A DNA stretch of 64,000 nt from positions 93,298-157,297 of the forward strand of contig JAINCQ010000018.1 in assembly GCA_036574205.1 (NCBI GenBank), in the 5' to 3' direction. The position numbers and the translations under genes are program-made. Shown in pieces: positions 59,026 to 64,000 of this stretch. The DNA comes from Elusimicrobiota bacterium. GTDB taxonomy: Bacteria > Elusimicrobiota > Elusimicrobia > Elusimicrobiales > UBA9959. Positions within the stretch are counted from its first letter, which is position 1. Each line of letters begins with the position of its first letter. The notes below the pieces were generated by a model. It had not been told where the DNA came from. It did not search any database and saw only the letters and a list, made by a program, of their open reading frames with translations.

Positions 59026-60363
59026 TTAAAAAGGATAATTTATTTTGATTATCGTATTAAATCCTTCAGATCCAAAGGCAAAATCAGCTGTTCCAACTAT
59101 CTGAGGCCTTAAAACTATTCTAAGAGCAACCCCGGGTCCATATTTAAAATTGGCAGTTGAAAGTTTTGAAAGCTTTTTTCCCACAGTAGCTATATCCAGA
59201 AACGGAGTTACTTCAAACTCGGTTAAAAATTTCATTACAGGAGCTTTAATTACTGTAAATCTTTGTTCTATATTAAATAAAAATTTTGCCCTATCGACAA
59301 ATCTTCCATCCCCTGCCATTCTAAGTCCTGTTGACTCTCCAGCCTGTGGCATAGCATAAAATGGTATATCCTCACCAGTTTGCCATTGAATCTGAGTTCT
59401 TATTGCGGTGATAGATCTATCCAATAGTTTATAATTATAGTAGTCTTTTAACTCGATAGTATATAAAGAGTAATTATAATCAGAACCAAAGCTTTTTTTT
59501 GAAAAAGTCATTGAAAAAATTATATAGCTTCCTATCTTTGGTATAAAGGGATGATCAGTATTGTCAAAAAGCAAAGAAAATTTATTTGTGAAAAAATTTT
59601 TTTCTTTTGAATATTTTAAGTATTCATCAGGATACCTATTTTCAAATTCATTATTTCCAACTATTCCATTATCTATTTTATTTTTATAATATGATGGGGT
59701 ATAATCAAAGTAAATATAATTTAATATTGGAAGTGTCAGACTTAATTCCCCTCCTGTAAGATAAAAAGTATAATTTGCCCTTTCGTCCTTTAATGAATTT
59801 GGTCCATATCCATAAAAAGAAGATTTTGGGTTTTGCCATATTCTGTATTCAATATTAAGCCTTGTTTTCGTTCTTAGAAATTCTGGATCATAATAATGAA
59901 TGAAAAATTCTTTTTGTGCTTTCTGGGAAATAGATGCTCGTAATACAAAAAGTGATTTTTCTGTTGGAAATAAATAATGTCTATATGTGGATGTATATCC
60001 TAAGTATTCATTGTGATTTAGCGAAGGAGCTATGACTGATGATATCTCCCCATCTTTTTTTTTGTCTCTCATAGCAAATACTGGCATAATTCCATAATTT
60101 ATCCCAAGATCTTTGCTTGAATCTGCTATGGGCAGGATTATAAGAGGATTACCTTTTATATCAAAAACGAGATTATTGGCTATCCTGTTTAATATATCTG
60201 ATTTTTCACTACGTGTAGATTCCACAATATCTATAATCTCATTTTTATTCTTTTCTTTCAAAAAAATTTTTTTGTCTTTTTCTTTTGTTAATACTAGTCT
60301 ATCATCTGCACATAAATAAGAAAATGTAAAAATGAAACAAAAAAAAACAATTAATTTATTCAT
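59026..60363 (-). CDS. Omp85/BamA-type outer-membrane beta-barrel protein
   Basis: Signal peptide from ATG 60363 (MNKLIVFFCFIFTFSYLCAD), overlapping the nadE stop by 8 nt; the ORF is open from 60462. Alternating beta-strand pattern. C-terminal ...IIKINYPF with terminal Phe. Confidence 0.65.
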   Translation of the reverse strand: MNKLIVFFCFIFTFSYLCADDRLVLTKEKDKKIFLKEKNKNEIIDIVESTRSEKSDILNRIANNLVFDIKGNPLIILPIADSSKDLGINYGIMPVFAMRDKKKDGEISSVIAPSLNHNEYLGYTSTYRHYLFPTEKSLFVLRASISQKAQKEFFIHYYDPEFLRTKTRLNIEYRIWQNPKSSFYGYGPNSLKDERANYTFYLTGGELSLTLPILNYIYFDYTPSYYKNKIDNGIVGNNEFENRYPDEYLKYSKEKNFFTNKFSLLFDNTDHPFIPKIGSYIIFSMTFSKKSFGSDYNYSLYTIELKDYYNYKLLDRSITAIRTQIQWQTGEDIPFYAMPQAGESTGLRMAGDGRFVDRAKFLFNIEQRFTVIKAPVMKFLTEFEVTPFLDIATVGKKLSKLSTANFKYGPGVALRIVLRPQIVGTADFAFGSEGFNTIIKINYPF

Positions 60364-61972
60364 AATATAAAATTTTTCTAACAATAGGTATTTTTCTTCC
60401 ACTTCCAAAAGCTTTTTTAGATACTTTAATAGAAATTGGAATCTGTTTTCTCTTATACTCATTAAGTTCTATCCTGTAGATTATATCTTTGATGTTGATC
60501 TTATTTTTCAAAATTTTTTGTATTTTATCCAATGAAAGTTCTTCTTCTATATAAAGCTTTATTATTTTATCTAAAATTTTATATGGTGGGAGATCATCCT
60601 GATCTAACTGATTTGGTTTTAACTCAGCTGTGGGAGGCCTTTTTATTATTGAGTCTGGAATAATTTCTTTGTCTTTATTAATTTCTTCAGCAACTTCATA
60701 AACCTGAGTCTTTAAAACATCACCTATTGGGGCTATTGCTCCACAACTATCTCCATAAAGAGTAAAATATCCCATTGCTATTTCTGATTTATTGCTGGTA
60801 GCAATAACTATTCCCCCTTCCTTATTGGAATAGCTCATAAGTATATCCCCTCGTATCCTTGACTGAATGTTTTGTAGGGTTATATCAATTTCTTGATTGG
60901 TAAGGGAAAGTTCTTTTAAGTATTGCCTATAAATATTTTTGATCGGTATTATTTTATATCTTATTCCAAGTTTTTTTGAAAGTTTTATCGCATCTTCTAT
61001 TGACTGTTTTGATGTAAATTCAGAAGGCATTAATATCCCTAAAACATTTTCATTTCCAATAGCCTCTACACATAAAGAAGCAACAACTGCAGAATCTATT
61101 CCCCCACTTAATCCTATTATTGCAGATTTAAGGTTTTGTTTTTTAAAGAAATCTTTTATTCCAACTACTATTGCTTGCTTTAAAAAAGATATATTCTCAG
61201 TATACTTTCTCTCAAGGAATCTTGAAAGATCCACGGTATTTATCTGCTCGGTAAAGGGTTGTAATTGAAATATTTTCCCTTTTTTTGAAATAAGCATTGA
61301 GGAACCGTCAAAGACAAGATCGTCGTTTGCACCAACCAAATTTACATACGCTATATCAGCTTTTTTGTCTTTAGCCAGTTCACAAAGGATTTTTTCTCTG
61401 AGAGTTATTTTTCCAAAATAATATGGCGAAGCTGAAAGATTTATTATTATATCAGGAGAATATTTGCTCATGGTATCTTTTGAATAAAGATTTTTATCTG
61501 GAAGAAGATCAGTTTTTCCCCATATATCCTCGCAAATAGTTATAAGTATTTTTTTATTTTTAAATTTTATTATTTTATTTTGGGTTCCCTCGCTAAAATA
61601 TCTTTTTTCATCAAATACATCATAAGTAGGCAAAAGATTTTTTTTTAATATTTGTTGAATTTTACCTCCATAAATAAAGGCGGCTGAATTAAAAAGTTTT
61701 TTTCCGTAACCATGGTTGAAATCAACAAAACCTATTACAGCCGCTGCTTTATTTGTTGTTGCGGCAAAGGATTTAAGCGCTTTTATGTTTTTTTCTATAA
61801 AATGCTTATTTTCTAATAAATCAAGTGGTGGATAGCCTGTGGTAAATAGTTCTGGGTATATTATTATATCTGAATTTTCGCTTTCAGCTTTTTTATATGC
61901 TTCTATCGCTTTAGATATATTAGAATCTATATCTCCAACCCTTGTATTTAGTTGTGCAAATGTTATTTTCAT
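60356..61972 (-). CDS. nadE: glutamine-dependent NAD+ synthetase
   Basis: N-terminal CN-hydrolase domain (YPELFTTGYP, ICED). C-terminal PP-loop GLSGGIDSAV. Confidence 0.95.
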   Translation of the reverse strand: MKITFAQLNTRVGDIDSNISKAIEAYKKAESENSDIIIYPELFTTGYPPLDLLENKHFIEKNIKALKSFAATTNKAAAVIGFVDFNHGYGKKLFNSAAFIYGGKIQQILKKNLLPTYDVFDEKRYFSEGTQNKIIKFKNKKILITICEDIWGKTDLLPDKNLYSKDTMSKYSPDIIINLSASPYYFGKITLREKILCELAKDKKADIAYVNLVGANDDLVFDGSSMLISKKGKIFQLQPFTEQINTVDLSRFLERKYTENISFLKQAIVVGIKDFFKKQNLKSAIIGLSGGIDSAVVASLCVEAIGNENVLGILMPSEFTSKQSIEDAIKLSKKLGIRYKIIPIKNIYRQYLKELSLTNQEIDITLQNIQSRIRGDILMSYSNKEGGIVIATSNKSEIAMGYFTLYGDSCGAIAPIGDVLKTQVYEVAEEINKDKEIIPDSIIKRPPTAELKPNQLDQDDLPPYKILDKIIKLYIEEELSLDKIQKILKNKINIKDIIYRIELNEYKRKQIPISIKVSKKAFGSGRKIPIVRKILYYE

Positions 61973-62101
61973 ATATTAAATTATAGCAAATAGCAAAACT
62001 AATAAAAAAAGTCTTTGTTTTTTGTCAAAAATTTGATATACTGGTATTATAATCCCTTTTTATAAGGGATATTTCTGTTTAATTTAAATGGAGGAGTTAA
62101 A

Positions 62102-62971
62102 ATGTTTAATGTGACAATGAAATCTATGTTAGAAGCAGGTGTCCATTTTGGTCATCAAACGTATAAATGGAATCCTAGAATGGCAAGATATATATATGGA
62201 GAGAGAAATGGAATACATATTCTTGATCTTCAAAAAACCCTTAAAGAGTTTAAAAAAGCCTATGATTTTATGGTAGAGAGCTCAAAAGCTGGCAAGAGTT
62301 TTTTATTTGTGGGTACCAAAAAACAGGCTAAAGAAATAATAAAAGGCGAAGCTGAAAGAGCCGGAGTTTTTTGTGTTTATGAAAAATGGCTTGGTGGAAT
62401 GTTGACAAATTTTGACACTATAAAAATATCCATAAGAAGACTTGAAGAGCTTGAAAACATGGAGAGCAAAGGATATTTTAAGGTTATGTCGAAGAAAGAG
62501 GTATCAAGGCTTACAAAGGAAAAAAATAGATTGACAAAACTTTTATCTGGAATAAGAAATATGAAGGTTATCCCGGATATTATGTTTGTAATAGATCCTG
62601 TAGAAGAACATAATGCTGTAAGAGAGGCTAAGAAGCTTGGGATAACTGTCGTGGCAGTATGTGATACAAATGCCGATCCGGACGCTGTTGATATGGTTAT
62701 TCCTGGAAATGATGATGCTGCAAGGTCAATAAGACTTTTTTGTGTCTCAATGGCAGATGCTGTACTGGAAGGTAAACAAAATTCTAATGGGGAAGGACAG
62801 ACGGTTGAAGAAACAAACATAGTAGAAGATTTATCCAATGATGTTGAAAATACGGAAGAATATAACGAAAAAAAGGAAGTGGAGGATGGACTTGAAAGCG
62901 AATCCAATAGCGATGATATCCCGATGGATGGCTATGATGAGGAAAAAAAAGTAGATGAAAAAGTTGAATAA
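62102..62971 (+). CDS. rpsB: 30S ribosomal protein S2 with acidic C-terminal extension
   Basis: [29 protein letters not shown]-type, WLGGMLTNF. About 65-aa Glu/Asp-rich tail. Confidence 0.95.
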   Translation: MFNVTMKSMLEAGVHFGHQTYKWNPRMARYIYGERNGIHILDLQKTLKEFKKAYDFMVESSKAGKSFLFVGTKKQAKEIIKGEAERAGVFCVYEKWLGGMLTNFDTIKISIRRLEELENMESKGYFKVMSKKEVSRLTKEKNRLTKLLSGIRNMKVIPDIMFVIDPVEEHNAVREAKKLGITVVAVCDTNADPDAVDMVIPGNDDAARSIRLFCVSMADAVLEGKQNSNGEGQTVEETNIVEDLSNDVENTEEYNEKKEVEDGLESESNSDDIPMDGYDEEKKVDEKVE

Positions 62972-62997
62972 ATTTTTAGGTTTATAAGGAGACTCAT

Positions 62998-63846
62998 ATG
63001 GCAAATACAATATCAAACGAAGATATAATGAATCTAAGGAACCAGACTGGAGCTGGTATTATGGATTGTAAAAATGCTCTAAAAGAAGCTGATGGAGATA
63101 TCTCAAAGGCTGTTGAGATATTAAGGAAAAAAGGTTTAAGTGGACTTGCAAAAAGATCAGGAAGGGCAATGAAAGAGGGTATTATTGTATTGAAAAATAA
63201 TAATTCTAATTATGTGATGGTTGAGGTTGATTGTGAAACAGATTTTGTGGCAAGAAATGATGAGTTTAAATCTGTCGTAAATTCTTTTGCGGATGAGATG
63301 CTTTCCCGCAATGATTTTAATCCAGCCCAGGACGAAGCTTCTAAAGAAAAATTGAAAAACATAGCTATGAAGATAGGCGAAAATATGCAGATAAGAAGAG
63401 CTGTTAGATATTCCTTAAAGCCCCAGACTGTAATAGGTTCATATCTTCATAGTGATTTGAAAAAAGCTGCTATGGTCAGCCTTTCTTATAACCCTCAAAT
63501 ATCGGATATTTCAAAGATAGAAACGCTTGCCAAAAACCTGGCTATGCAGGCTGTTGCTATGGGTGCCAAGTGGATAAAAAAAGAGGATGTTCCACAAGAA
63601 GTTATTGAAAAGGAGAAAGAGATATATAAGTCTACCCCTCAGGCTCAGGGCAAAAGCGAAATAGCAATTTCTAAAATGCTTGAGGGTAGAATAAAGAAAT
63701 TTTATCAGGAAATGTGTCTTATTGAACAGGCTTATATAAGAGACACAAAGCTGCTTGTGTCAGATTACATAAAATCGATTGAAAAAGAAACTGGAGTTTC
63801 AATAAATATTGAGAGGTTTGATACATTTATAGTTGGAGTTGAATAG
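62998..63846 (+). CDS. tsf: translation elongation factor Ts
   Basis: LRNQTGAGIMDCKNALKEADGDISKAVEILRKKG UBA-like N-domain, CETDFVARN. Confidence 0.95.
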   Translation: MANTISNEDIMNLRNQTGAGIMDCKNALKEADGDISKAVEILRKKGLSGLAKRSGRAMKEGIIVLKNNNSNYVMVEVDCETDFVARNDEFKSVVNSFADEMLSRNDFNPAQDEASKEKLKNIAMKIGENMQIRRAVRYSLKPQTVIGSYLHSDLKKAAMVSLSYNPQISDISKIETLAKNLAMQAVAMGAKWIKKEDVPQEVIEKEKEIYKSTPQAQGKSEIAISKMLEGRIKKFYQEMCLIEQAYIRDTKLLVSDYIKSIEKETGVSINIERFDTFIVGVE

Positions 63847-63866
63847 GGAGAATGAAATATGATTTT

Positions 63867-63906
63867 AAAGCCACTTTCCATTTAAGGAAGGTGGCTTTTT
63901 TATTTT
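63867..63906 (+). terminator. rho-independent terminator after tsf
   Basis: AAAGCCACTTTCC-ATTTAA-GGAAGGTGGCTTT (13-bp stem, one mismatch) followed by a T-run. Confidence 0.75.
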
Positions 63907-63930
63907 ATATGATTTTATCAGGAGGATAGA

Positions 63931-64000
63931 ATGAAAAGGGTTTTAATAAAACTTTCAGGCGAAGCTCTTGCTTTGTTTGAAAAAAAACCTGATGATGTTA
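63931..64000 (+). CDS. pyrH: UMP kinase (5' partial, runs off window)
   Basis: MKRVLIKLSGEAL start after a GGAGGA SD. rpsB-tsf-pyrH synteny. Confidence 0.85.
   Translation, partial: MKRVLIKLSGEALALFEKKPDDV

Noticed and set aside
62377-62907. Long antisense ORFs (also 31228-31593, 21151-21510, 22677-23057, 3132-3524, 41035-41457 and others in the track)
   Set aside because: All lie antisense within well-supported conserved genes, have biased low-complexity composition and lack RBS. These are shadow ORFs typical of biased-composition genomes.

Overview
Low-GC (about 30% by eye) bacterial chromosomal segment using the standard code (TAA, TAG and TGA all end recognisable genes). Calls rest on motif recognition only; no database search was possible. 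It is almost entirely housekeeping. Left part, + strand: oligopeptidase B, ppdK, gmk, an rpoZ-like ORF, family-4 UDG, priA, tyrS, a FecR-like protein, thpR, mltG, then tRNA-Ala(CGC) on the minus strand, asnS and an HD protein. Long minus-strand block: trypsin-like protease, radical SAM, GAF/fRMsr, lipA, aspS, hisS, a Crp-family regulator, a second S1 protease and thiS-G-H-F-E. It continues with a dcw cluster (mraZ-rsmH-ftsL-ftsI-murE-murF-mraY-murD-ftsW-murG), then rsmG-mnmG-mnmE-jag-yidC-yidD-rnpA-rpmH. Right part: recO-glyQ-glyS, an Omp85-like OMP, nadE, and rpsB-tsf-pyrH (partial). An Omp85-type barrel and a complete peptidoglycan pathway indicate a diderm; the lineage cannot be named from sequence alone. 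I found no CRISPR array, prophage, recognisable defence or toxin-antitoxin module, or intact mobile element. The most unusual signals are non-coding or at the level of gene integrity. (1) A mosaic intergenic repeat family carries nested GC-rich palindromic modules at four loci, one block 37/37 nt identical between two sites 13.8 kb apart, the largest copy abutting tRNA-Ala. (2) The PriA homologue has lost Walker A, DEEH and arginine-finger motifs but keeps its N-terminal and Cys-rich domains. (3) Homopolymer-associated frame disruptions occur in rpmH (A8) and in the signal peptide of a TPR protein. (4) An ATGA-coupled 45-codon ORF is separated from ftsL by one in-frame TAG. (5) A 10-bp-periodic AGTGG/T box array sits between the mraZ promoter and its start codon. 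(6) A consensus promoter is placed so that a secreted orphan protein would be translated from a leaderless mRNA.
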